Source: Squalus acanthias
Lineage: Eukaryota
NCBI GenBank assembly: GCA_030390025.1
Contig: CM059431.1
Location: forward strand, 105,464,001-105,528,000
Length of the DNA stretch: 64,000 nt
Direction: 5' to 3'
The notes beneath the pieces were generated by a model. The model saw nothing but the letters and a program-made list of their open reading frames with translations, searched no databases and was not told where the DNA came from. Within the stretch, counting starts at the first letter, position 1; every line of letters begins with the position of its first letter. Position numbers and translations under genes: made by a program. Below are positions 13,411-24,259 of this stretch, in pieces.

Positions 13411-13884
13411 AAGTATTCTCAAATGCCAAATGAGGCCAGATGAACTCAATTAAGGGTACATAGATAATATCTTAATGGGATTGGCGTCACAGTGGATTAA
13501 TCTATAGTCAATAAGGTCTAAAATAGGACCAATTGATAGACATTTGAAGTCTGGAATTGTAAAAATCTTAAAATCGTGATTTAATGGCAATAATATGCAT
13601 GGGGGAAAAATTTGATTGCTTTGCGCCTCCCATTAGCGCCCTAATAGGGCGCTAATGGGACGTCAAGCAACTGGCGCCCGGGAGCAGCGATGTTTGCGCC
13701 GCTCGCGAAATTGACCGGAGTTTTTGCGGCGGCACTAAACTCTACCGCCACGATCTCATGCGCCCGCAGATCGTGACGTCAGTCGAGCGTGCAACGCCCC
13801 AGTGGCGCCCCCTTCCTTTCCGCCTGCCGCATGTAATGACAGGGAGAGTGGAACGTTTTCAAGTCGGCAAGGGCTGGGGGAGCG

Positions 13885-13893
13885 CTATTTAAA
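13885..13893 (+). promoter_or_regulatory. TATA-like box of the Harbinger transposase gene
   Basis: ctatttaaa ~200 bp upstream of the ORF, conserved in the derivative at ~36805; CRE-like tgacgtca upstream in both copies. Confidence 0.45.
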
Positions 13894-13966
13894 GGCGCCC
13901 TCTTCCTGTCTTTTTTTGTGGAAGACATTTTTGCACCACTCATTCTGACAGAGAGAGGGAGATTCT

Positions 13967-13994
<28 letters not shown>
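13967..13994. repeat. (GA)n microsatellite in the transposase 5' UTR
   Basis: gagagaga run, shorter in the 36520 derivative. Confidence 0.9.
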
Positions 13995-13997
<3 letters not shown>

Positions 13998-14097
13998 CTG
14001 CAGAGAGTCAACGCTGTGTGAAGTAGTTTTGGCTACTGAGCATCACTTTGCAGGTTCTTTTGGATTTGACCTTCACTGCTTTGATTGTCAAGAGAAT

Positions 14098-15249
14098 GTG
14101 GGGGCTGCACTGATTCGGGGCGTCATCCTGCGCCTGCAGAATCGGAGGCATCAGAGACGCAGAGAGAGAGTGGCAATCATGGCCAGAGGGAGGAGGGCCA
14201 ACAGGCCTCTGTACAGGAGACCATACCCTCCCAGGGTATTCCGAGAACAATTTTCCTACATTCATTTGTCTGAGGAGCAGTGTTTGCGCAGGCTGCGCTT
14301 CAGCAAGGAGGTGGTCACTGAGCTCTGCCACCTGCTGCAGCCAAATCTGCAGCCTCAACTGAGGACCAGGACGTCTCTGTCGGTGGCAGTGAAGATCACA
14401 GTGGCTCTGAATTTTTATGCCACCGGCTCCTTTCAAGCAGCTACTGGGGACATCACCAATATCTCCCAGTTCGCGGTCCATTGCTGTATCCGAGAGGTCA
14501 CAAATGCCCTCTATAAAAGGAGACGCCAGGACATCTCTTTCCCGATGACCCGGGCCAAACAGCATGAACGCGCATTGGGCTTTGCGAGGACAACGGGCTT
14601 CCCCATGGTGCAGGGCGCCATTGACTGCATGCATGTGGCATTGCGGGCACTGCATGAGAATGCAGAGGTTTTCCGAAACCGCAAGGGGTTCCACTCCTTA
14701 AATGTCCAGTTGGTGTGTAACCACAGATAGCTGATACTCGCTGTCAATGCTCGCTATCCTGGCAGCAGCCACAATGCTTTCATCTTGCGCCAGACTGGTG
14801 TGCCAGAACTTTTCCAGGCAGTGCACCAGCCAAGTGGTTGGCTCCTCGGGGACAAGGTTTATCCACTGTGCACCTGTCTGATGACACCGCTCCGTAACCC
14901 CAACACCTCTGCTGAGCTGCGGTACAATGAGAGCCATATTGCCACCAGGAACATCATTGAGCAGACGATCGGTGTGCTCAAGCAACAGTTCCGCTGTCTG
15001 GACCACTCAGGAGGAGCCCTGCAGTACTCGCCTGAGCGAGTCTCCCTCTTCATAGTTGTTTGCTGCATTCTTCATAACCTTGCAATCCTCAGGACCCAGC
15101 CAATGCCACCAGGCATTGGTGCACCTCCGGAGGAGGAGGAGGACGAAGAGGAGGAGGATGATCAGCAGCAGCACCAAGGCGGAAGGGAGGCCCACAATGT
15201 TGAAACTGCAAGGGCCGTCCGTCAACGGCTGATAACAAGCCAATTCTAG
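14098..15249 (+). pseudogene. Harbinger DDE transposase (HARBI1-like family) with one premature stop
   Basis: Motifs ALNFYATGSFQ, GFPMVQGAIDCMH, NRKGFHSLNVQLVC, YPGSSHNAFIL, WLLGDKVYPL, RNIIEQTIGVLKQQFRCL, CCILHNL; in-frame TAG at 14728-14730 with the frame continuing; probable original start at GTG 14098, first ATG 14179. Confidence 0.92.
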
Positions 15250-15822
15250 GCCCCTACTCAGAAAATGGCTTCTGACATGGAAAACAACATGATGGAAAGC
15301 AACCCGCAACCCCTATAGCCAGCCAAGGCAGCAATGATTCCAAAGGCCAAACATGTACATTTTGAAAACAACAACTTTTTTATTTTACAAACTCTGTGTG
15401 TGTTATTTATTCACACAAACACAAACACAACAAATCATAAATTAACATAACTGGTTCTCACAACCTGGAGATAATGTCCAAAACACTAAACAAAAGTTAT
15501 CAGACGAACCTCGCCCTTTAATAAAGACATTCCCAACATTTCTAGAGACCTCCTACTTTTTGCCCTTGCGCACTTCCCCCCTTCCCACCCTACTGCTCCT
15601 CCATAATGGGTCCGCAGTGGCTGCAGCAAGGCTGGTGGAAGGCTGCTGAATGTCAGATCCTAAGACTACAGATGCCCTTGAAGTACGCCCTCGAGCAGCT
15701 CTGGGCCTGGGGGCCCCGGCTGCAGACTGCTCCAACTCTGCATAGATGGCAGCAGTCTGGGCTACAGGCGGTGGCAAGAGCAATGGGGAAGTGACAATGG
15801 TGGGAGCAGGAATGCTGTCATC

Positions 15823-15880
15823 TTGTGCGACTTCTCATTTTTGTCCACCCCAGTCCAACGCCGGCATCTCCACATCATGA
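15823..15880 (+). mobile_element. Penelope (family 2) extreme 3' end inserted in Harbinger ORF2
   Basis: ttgtgcgacttctcatttttgtccaccccagtccaacgccggcatctcc matches 54182-54230; atcttg on both sides. Confidence 0.8.
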
Positions 15881-16920
15881 TCTTGAGAGAGGACAGCAAC
15901 TCCCTGCTCGACCGACACATTGGCACTCCCACGGGGCAGCACCTCAGCATCCGGAGCAATCTGCTGGAGCACAGATTGCTGGCCTGCAGCGGCGCAGTGA
16001 GAGCCCCGGGAAATGTGTCCGAACCAGCGACAATGGCAGCAGTCAGTGCTTGCGTGGCCTCAATCTGAGTCTGCATGAGAGCAGTCTGAGATTGGATCAC
16101 GGCAGCCAGTGACTGAATTGCAGCACTAAGCATTAGCGTGGCATCCACCTGTGCTACAGCGTAGTGCTCCACACTCCTTGCCAGTGCATCAATGCTTTCG
16201 GGCACCCTTCCCATTGCAGCCAATGAGCTGAGTGTGCATGTCCACCGCCTGGGTGTTCATTTCAGCGATGAGCCGCTCCTCCTCTGTGTCCAGTGCAGCA
16301 GGACTCGCTGGCATACTCTCCCTCCGGGGAGAAGGCCCCCAAGCTTCCCTACCCACATCGTGTTGCTGCAGCCCGCTGGGTCCCGGAGCTTCACCCTCAT
16401 CAGACCCTTACCCCCTGCTCCCCTCCAGGGAAGACGTGGTCCCAGTGTAGGCATGGGCTTCCTCGGGAGAGGGTGGCGCTGAGGCTCCGGCTTCCTCTTC
16501 CTCCTCGCCTGCGGCATCGCTCCTACTGGCAGCTTGAGGGCCCGACTCCTCAGCTGGTGAATCACCATCTGAAAGCAGGGAGGTACAAGAGTGGCTTTAG
16601 CGTGAGGACAGGGGGGCAGTAAGGGAGCAAGAACTGGAGTGATTTAATAAGTTGCATTGAAAGTGTCAAAGGCTGGTGTTGTGAGGGAAAAGTGGAATTA
16701 GAGAGGAGAGAAAGCTGCTGACCTTACCATTGCTGTCCCGAACGGGGTCGACCTCTCCAGGGGCGATGGGACCGATCACGTGGCTTGCGACAATCCTGTG
16801 GACGCGCACCTCCAGGTCGCTGAGGGGTTGCAGCTCAGCCAGCCCTCCACCCAGCCGTTGCTGCTGTCTCCTATTATGAGATAGCTTGGCCTGCAAGAAA
16901 AAGGACGGCATCTGAGTAAA

Positions 16921-17087
16921 TATACAGCCATGGTCTTGCCTGATGTGCCTCCCATAGTTGAATAGTCCTTACTGTATGCAGCCATGTGCTTGCCTGATGT
17001 GCCTCCCATAGTTGAATAGTCCTTAATGTATGCAGCCATGTGCTTGCCTGATGTGCCTCCCATAGTAGAATAGCCCTTAATGTATGC
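16921..17087. repeat. 54-bp minisatellite, about 3 copies, in ORF2 intron 1
   Basis: cagccatg recurs at 16925, 16979 and 17033. Confidence 0.95.
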
Positions 17088-18890
17088 ACGGTGTGGAATG
17101 TGCGTGCGTGTTTTATGAGAGGGCCATAGGTCTTGGATAAGTGTTGGGCATTGGGGTTTTAATACCCTCTGGCCATAGAGTGAGGTTGAGATGGAGCAAT
17201 GGAGAGGTTTTGAAAAACAGCCACTCACCCTGACGACCCGAGTGAGGTCGTTGAACTTTTTGCGACATTGAGTATGGGTCCTGGTCACCATGCTCCTGGA
17301 GGAGACGTGCTGAGCCACCTCCCTCCACACTCTTCTGTAGTCGCATGGCAATGGCCTCCTGCCACTCTCTGGGTACAGTATTGCTCTTCGGCACTCCACT
17401 GCGCCAAACAGAGCCACCAAGGCCCGGTCGCTGAAGCGCTGAGTTCGTTCCCTCACCCTCTCCATAGTTCTTTGCTGCAGAATTGATGCACAGGTCTGTC
17501 CAGGCCGAGATTCAAGGCTGCAATGAGCAGGGTGTGGCTGGAGAGCAAGATCGACTCCCCCCTTAAAGAACTGGCCGGCGCCAGTGTGTCTGTGTTCCAT
17601 TGCTAACTGACATCACCTGAGCTTCGCCCGCGCTCTGAGGTAGCGCCTCGCTCCTCGGCCTTTGCGCCTTAAGACAGGTGTGTCGCACCTGATTTAGCGC
17701 TCCAATCACCTCCAGGGGCGATAGAAGCCAAGTTTGCAGTCGGAGGTGATAATTTGCACCAGGCGCTAAACTTTGCGCCCGGCCGATAATTGTGCCCCAA
17801 ACGGGGTGATACTGAATTTCTCCCCCATAGTCTGTACGGTGTTGTCAAATAATGAATAACACTGCATAGAAACTTGGTTGGACTGCACTCGGAGCACTGT
17901 GAACAATCCTAGCCTCCATGTTATAAAAAGGATATAGAGGCACTGGAGAAGGTGTAAAAAAGATTCATCGGAATGATACCAGAACTGAGAGGTTATATCA
18001 TCAGGAAAGATTAAACAGGCTGGGGCTCTTTTCTCTAGAAAAGAGAAGGCTGAGGGGAGACCTAATAGTGGTAATTGAGATTATGAAAGGGTTTGCTAGG
18101 GTAGACGTAGAGAAGATGTTGCCACTTGTGGGGGAGACTAAAACTAAGGGCCATAAATATAAGATGGTCACTAGTAAATCTAGTAGGGAATTCAGGAGAA
18201 ATTTCTTTACCCAGAGTTAGAATGTGGAATTCGCTGCCACATGGGATAGTTGAGGCGAATAGGATAGATGCATTTTTTTTTAATCGTTCATGGGATATGG
18301 GCGTTGCTGGCAAGGCCAGCATTTATTGCCCATCCCTTATTGCCCTTGAGAAGGTGGTGGTGAGCCGCCTTCTTGAACCGCTGCAGTCCGTGTGGTGAAG
18401 GTACTCCCACAGTGCTGTTAGGTAGGGAATTCCAGGACTTTAACCCAGCGACGATGAAGGAACGGCCGATATACTTCCAAGTCAGGATGGTGTGTGACTT
18501 GAAGGGGAACGTGGAGGTGGTGGTGTTCCCATGCGCCTGCTGCCCTTGTCCTTCTAGGTGGTAGAGGTCGCGGGTTTGGGAGGTGCTGCCAAAGAAGCCT
18601 TGAAAAGTTGCTGCAGTGCATCTTGTAGATGGTACACACTGCAGCCACGGTGCGCCGGTGGTGGAGGGAGTGAATGTTTAAGGTGGTGGATGGAGTGCCA
18701 ATCAAACGGGCTGCTTTGTCTTGGATGGTGTCGAGCTTCTTGAGTGTTGTTGGAGCTGCACTCATCCAGGCAAGTGGAGAGTATTCCATCGCACTCCTGA
18801 CTTGTGCCTTGTAGATGGTGGAAAGGCTTTGGGGAGTCAGGAGGTGAGACACTCGCCACAGAATACCCAGCCTCTGACCTGCTCTTCTTG

Positions 18891-19021
18891 ATGCGGAGAT
18901 GCCGGTGTTGGACTGGGGTGGACAAAATTGAGAGGTCGCACAACACCAGGTTATAGTCCAACAGTTTTATTTGAAATCACAAGCTTTCGGAGCTATCAAT
19001 TTGCTCCTTCCTCAGGTGAAG
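18891..19021 (-). mobile_element. Short Penelope (family 2) pLTR insertion with 11-bp TSD
   Basis: TSD tgctcttcttg at 18880-18890 and 19022-19032. Confidence 0.85.
18977..19019 (-). ncRNA. Minimal hammerhead ribozyme motif (family 2)
   Basis: Minus strand tcac-CTGAGGA-a-ggagc(aaattgata)gctcc-GAAA-gctt-gtga. Confidence 0.8.
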
Positions 19022-20622
19022 TGCTCTTCTTGCCATAGTATTCATGTGGCTGGTCCAGTTAAGTTTCTGGTCAATGGTGACCCCCAGAATATTGATGGTG
19101 GGGGATTCGGCGATGGTAATGCCATTGAATGTCAAGGGGTGGTGGTTAGACGTTCGCTTATTGGAGATAGTCATTGCCTGGCACTTGTGTGGCGTGAATG
19201 TTACCTGCCACTTATCAGCCCAAACCTGAATGTTGTTCAGGTCTTACTGCACGCGGGCATGGACTGCTTCATTATCTGAGGAGTTGCGAATGGCACTGAA
19301 CATTTAAGGGGGAGCTAGATAAATACATGAGGGTGAAAGGAATAGAAGGATATGCTGATAGGGTTAGATGAAGTAGGGTGGGAGAAAACTCATGTGGAGC
19401 ATAAATACTGGCATAGGCTAGTTGGGCCGAATGGCCTGTTTCTGTGCTGTAAATTCTATGTAATTCTCTGAAAGTATTCTCAATTGCCAAATGAGGCCAA
19501 ATGAACTGAATTAAGGGTATATTGATAATATCTTAATTGGAGTGAATGTCACAGTGGATTAACCTATAGTCAATATAGTCAGGCTTCAAAAATAGGACAG
19601 ATTGAAAGACATTTGAAGTCTGAAATTGTAAAAATCTTAAAATTGTGATTTAATGGCAATAATATACATTGTCTATATGGTGTTGGCAAATTAAGAATAA
19701 CATATATGACTGGTAAACTCAATGTTTTTATTTTCCAGCCTGCCCTCAGTTTGGTAATGCTGCACACATCTACATTCATTATTGCTTAAGTAAGATGTCT
19801 TGCTAATAAGAACCCAGGAAGCACAGTAGGTAGGATATTCACCTCACAATGCTGAGATCGCACATTTATATGCCCCTGTCAGTTAAGATTATTGTCAGAT
19901 CTTAATCAAAATAGAAAGGTGCATTTTTCTGGTACCTTGCTACTATCTGTCAATCATGGAGTATCCTTGGAATCTAAGAACTTGGATGAACAAGTAAAGA
20001 CTATTAGGTTTAACAAGCCCATCAGATTCTGAGAGGTCTATCCAACCTATCTTCTTCTCACCATATTTCTCAATATATTATCATTCTAGAAATACATTCT
20101 CGAATCCATTTATGTTGTCCAATTTAGTGATCTTCCCTGGCCACTTACTCCACAATGTTAATACCCCTTGGGTGAAAATATTCTGCCTGATTTCCTTTTC
20201 ATCATCTTGACAATTTTTTTTAAACTTCCGTTCCCCTGCTATTTTAACCCTTCGCCACAATGAACTAATTGCCTGGATGGATTTTGTCGATTCCCTCCAT
20301 AATCCCGAAAACTTGAATTGGACCACCTCAACGTCTCCTCATTTCCAAAGAAAGCAAGCCCAATTTCGTTGACCTTTCCTCTTAACTTCAATTCCTAATA
20401 TTTGGAACCACCTTCGTACTTTCTCGAGGGCAGAAAGATCTTTCCTCTGATTAAGTGATCAGAATTGCCCATAGTACTCTGTTTGGTGTCTCATCCATTA
20501 CCTTTTAATGCAAAAGTTTAATTTCTTTTGATTTGGGCTGTACCCCTCTGCTCACACAACCCCTTATTTGTTTTTCTTGTTGCAGCTAAGTGTGGGTTTA
20601 CAGCCTTATTCACTAAAACATC

Positions 20623-23001
20623 TGTAAGGGGTGACCTGCGGCTCTGTGCTTAGCCTGGGTGCTAGTGCGGGGTTAGGCCTTGTTGCCTGCTCTGGTCTCC
20701 AGCCAGCCTGGTAATACTAGACACCTGTGAGTGGTTCGACCCACTCGCCCTTACGGTTCTGACACTGGACTTAGGTGCGAGAGCAATAATGCAGAGAAGA
20801 CTCAGGTAGACCCGGTTGAATAGTGCGAAATGGAAAATCTTTATTGCATATTATTCAAGATTACGAGATACATGTCATAAGCACAGATTAACGACAGTAC
20901 AATCTTACACACAGTTATGAAACTAATTTTAGGGAAACGAGGAGCGCACGACACATCGTAAAAGGGGACACACATTATAATTATCCTTAAAACTTAAACC
21001 CTCCCCTATCAATACCTGTCCTAATCTAGATTTGTAGGATCGAGACTCATGCTCACCACTCGTGATAACTCGGAGAATTCCGAAACTCTGCTCGGATGTT
21101 TTTACCGCAGCGCCTGACTATCCATGTGTTGATCAGGGGTCTCTGTACCCCACTTGTTTACTCGTTTCTGCTCCGGCTAGCAGGCTGGACCGTCTGCTGT
21201 CATGAAGATCTGTGTTGCCCTCGGAGTTCTGATACTACTCAAAAAAGAGTCTTCCTGTGCCCTACACCGGTTCGATAGAACTCGAAGAAGGGTCTTCCTA
21301 GGCCAGTTGTGGAGTAGCTGATAAAATTCAAAGAAGTGTTTATTCGACTTACAGGCGCGGTCGGGGCTTACTGACCGTGGCGATACGTATTGTCGTCTTC
21401 TTCTCTTCTCATCTCATCTCATCTCATCTCATCTCCTCTCGGGCCTTCGGTTCCAACACCGTTTACCGACTTCTCGGGATGGTGCGCCCGCTTCCAGGCC
21501 TCACAGCCCAGTTCTCCACAGATCTTCGCGGCAAGCCACGAGGTTGATCCTAGCAGATCAGAGTCCAGAGCCGTCAGGCAAGAGAATAAAAGTTCAGCAG
21601 CCTTCCAGCGAGTCAAAGCAGCAAGAGAAAGATGGACGGTTGTACTTTACAGTTATAGTGCTGTAATTCCTCTTTTCCCGCCCAATCTTAATGTCTATCT
21701 TTTGTCAGGGTTTTGGCGCTCAAACTTCTTGTATGGGGTGATCTCAGTCTTTAATGGGTTTCGGTGACACTTGTAACTGTCTGAGTACCCGTTAATATTT
21801 CTCCCATTGTGGAACCGGCTAGTAGTCTCCCTGGAGGGGTTTTGGGGCTTCCAAATGCTTGCTGTGAGTACCCGTAAACGGCTCTCTCATCGTAGAGTCG
21901 TGGGGATTTTGCATATTAATGTCTTTGGATGGGTCCTTGATCGCTCAGTACAATAGCCCTTGTTTGCACCTGGGAGACCGATTTCAGTATTCATGTTTAA
22001 AGTGTAAACCCATCGCGTCTTGTCATTGGCCCAGAAATTGATCCTGCGACGCGAGAGTACGCACTGCGTACTCTCGCGTATTCCCACTCCAATTGCCGGT
22101 TTTCTGCATGCCCTGCGCATGCGCTGAAAACCGGCAATTGCTCTTTTGAAAAAGGGGGCGGTTCCTCGGTGCATCGCGTGCGCGCTACAGGCTGCGCGCA
22201 CGGTGTGCACTTCATGCTTTGGACGCGCAGGTAAGTACTGAAGATTTTAGAAATGTTAAAAGGAGTAAGACCCACTTTTAAGAAGGTAAGTAGTGAATTA
22301 AGTATTTTTTCTGAATTTTTTTTAACAGGTATATCTTTTTTAGAGACTTTAAAGACAGGTAAGTTTATTTTTATAACTTTTTAAAAGATTTTAAATTTTT
22401 TCAAAAATTTAATTTTTTATTTTAAATGGTTAATTTAATTAACTATACTTATTTTATTAATGTGATGGATTTTTTTAAATTTAATTGAGGTTTAGCTGTT
22501 ATTTTGGGGGGGTGTAAGATTCATAGATTTCACAGCACGTATGTGAAACTTATGAATGGAAGATGGTGTGCTGCCATTGGCTTTAACTGAGTCACGTGAT
22601 CCCACAGCTCGCACGAATTCACTACGCCGCTGGGATACGCAATCACTGCCCAGCTGATCTCTAGAACATGAAGTTCGTGCGAGCTGGATCTGAAAAAGCA
22701 CAAGCGAGGTGAGAGATCGCGGGAAAGCCTTACCCCCGCGGGAACAGAGCGAGATCAATTTCTGGGCCATTATCTCATCATGTTGGATCTTTTCGATCTT
22801 GCACAAATGTTTATTGGAACGCCATCTTGTCTGCCTACTGAAAGTCTAGAACTTTCTGCCACGAGGCGTGGCGGCCATTTTACAGGCTGTTTGAGTCCGT
22901 TTTGAAACCTGACAGCATTCTGCTGAAATAAAGCTGTTTATACGAAACTTTATGTCTCCTTCTTATTTTTATAAACTCGCGATAATTTTGCGAATTCTAC
23001 A
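20623..23001 (-). mobile_element. Large solo LTR (~1.6 kb without the nested MITE), Gypsy/ERV type
   Basis: Termini TGTA...TACA with 4-bp TSD CATC (20619-20622, 23002-23005); minus-strand AATAAA at 20840-20845; orientation tentative. Confidence 0.75.
22028..22768. mobile_element. Harbinger-type MITE nested in the LTR
   Basis: Perfect 16-bp TIR ggcccagaaattgatc, TSD ATT, AT-rich core. Confidence 0.9.
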
Positions 23002-23066
23002 CATCAGATCTCTTTCCTGAGTATCATACTATACACTCCCTCTTTGCTTTCCTTTTCGGATATTAT

Positions 23067-23750
23067 GGGGGGAAAATTCGTTTGATTTACGCGCACCTGG
23101 GCGCGGGGCCGCTAACGCCTCCCGCGAAATTCAGCAGGAGGTTAGCGGTGGCAGTAACGGTTAGCGCCCCCCAGCGCTGCGCCACCGGCGATGACGTCAT
23201 TGCCGTGCGCAGTGCCCCGGCCGTGATCTTCGGTATCGCCCCCCTGACTTACCGCCGGATGCTATGTCCGACGGGGTCAGGGGGGCCTACCTGTGGCCGG
23301 GGTGGCGCAAATTAAAGGGAAGGTGCCAGGGGCCATTTTTGTTGCTGGCCGCCTGCCAGCACCTGCCCGCTTTGCCGTCCCCGGCCTTCTAAGGTCCCAC
23401 CCCCGCGGAGTGCCGGCTGCGCTTTGTGAGCCCGGCACTTCTTGAGTGCCGGGCTCTTTTGCCGACACTCCAATCACTGGTGGCGCAGCTGGGCCCCGGG
23501 TCACGCTGCCCTAGGCCCCTCCCCTTTAATAAGGGGAGGAAGGCCTGCAGTACCGCGCAGCGCGACGTGCCACAGAGCGTGGCGCTGCTGCAGGTAGCGC
23601 CGCGATATTCACTCGCAGCGCCCCAAGAGGGAGGCAGGGCGCTTCCAGTAGTACCCTGCCTCCCTTTTGGGGGCGCTACCGATGAATTTTGTGCGTGGGG
23701 GCGCTAACTTTTTCGGGGAGCCAAAGAGGGCGCGACCCAATTTTCCCCCC
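23067..23750. mobile_element. GC-rich Harbinger-type MITE
   Basis: Perfect 12-bp TIR ggggggaaaatt; flanks tat/taa; homologous to 1346-2117. Confidence 0.85.
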
Positions 23751-24259
23751 TAAATATTTTACACATTCAATTGCTTCTGTTGCTTACAGGCCAATTATCC
23801 AAAAGATCAAAATCCTCTGAATCTGGTTGTGTTGTACCTCATTATTTGCTCTGCTTCCTACATTGGTGCCAATTGCATATTTGAAGAATTGCTCATCCGC
23901 CAGTCTGATGCCTTGAGTACCCTACCGATGACCTCTTTCCAATCTGAAAAGTTCCTTTCTTCTGGATATACTTTGTTACCTGTTTAAGCCAATTTTGTAG
24001 ACAAGTCTATATTTTATTCCTATTCTGTGACTCCTTACCTTAGCCATTTAACCACTGATGTGGAGCTTGCCAAAAATGTCTAAAAATCCAAGTATGTAAT
24101 ATCAAGTTCATTTTCCATGTCAGCTATATTTCAAAATATTGCCTAATCCTTGCTGACTGTGGTTTAACAAGTTATGCTTTTCTGAGGTTAACCCATTGGA
24201 TCCCTAAAAATCCTTTCAAATGTTTTCCCTGCAACTCACGTAAAACGTACTGAACTATT

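Larger units (their letters stand above)
15553..17465 (-). pseudogene. Harbinger ORF2, Myb/SANT-like DNA-binding protein, 3 exons (17465-17229, 16890-16728, 16568-15553), decayed
   Basis: MERVRERTQRFSDRALVALF...VWREVAQHV...RTHTQCRKKFNDL; GT-AG introns (agg/gtgagt, ttcttgcag; g/gtaagg, gctttcag) keep the frame; exon 3 has a TAA, frameshifts and a Penelope insertion; ends RVGRGEVRKGKK*. Confidence 0.85.
13601..17826 (+). mobile_element. Full-length PIF/Harbinger DNA transposon (decayed autonomous copy)
   Basis: TIRs gggggaaaaatt / aatttctccccc; convergent transposase and Myb/SANT genes; empty site visible in the duplicated flank at ~19660-19700. Confidence 0.93.
18276..19300 (-). mobile_element. 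RTE-X-like LINE 3' fragment
   Basis: INILGVTIDQKLNWTSH...LSTIYKAQVRSAMEYSPLAWMSAAPTTLKKLDTIQDKAARLI; poly-A tail at the left end. Confidence 0.85.
17865..19470 (+). mobile_element. CR1 LINE 3' part, split by an RTE-X-like insertion (18276-19300)
   Basis: ORF2 C-terminal remnant (LFSLEKRRLRGDLI...RVRMWNSLPHGIVEANRIDAF) resumes at 19301 catttaagggg; cattt at both junctions. Confidence 0.9.
19990..24240 (-). mobile_element. Ancient CR1 remnant, fragmented by the LTR and a MITE
   Basis: RQNIFTQGVLTLWSKWP at ~20150 and DMENELDITYLDF (RT region) at ~24100, on the same strand in the correct order. Confidence 0.6.

Noticed and set aside
14008..14694. 228-aa minus-strand ORF
   Set aside because: Antisense shadow of the transposase with no recognisable domain
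14098..15249. Host HARBI1 gene
   Set aside because: Lies within TIRs beside a Myb partner, has a nonsense codon and has an empty paralogous site, so it is a transposon copy
16921..17087. CRISPR-like array
   Set aside because: Tandem units without unique spacers, in a eukaryotic transposon intron
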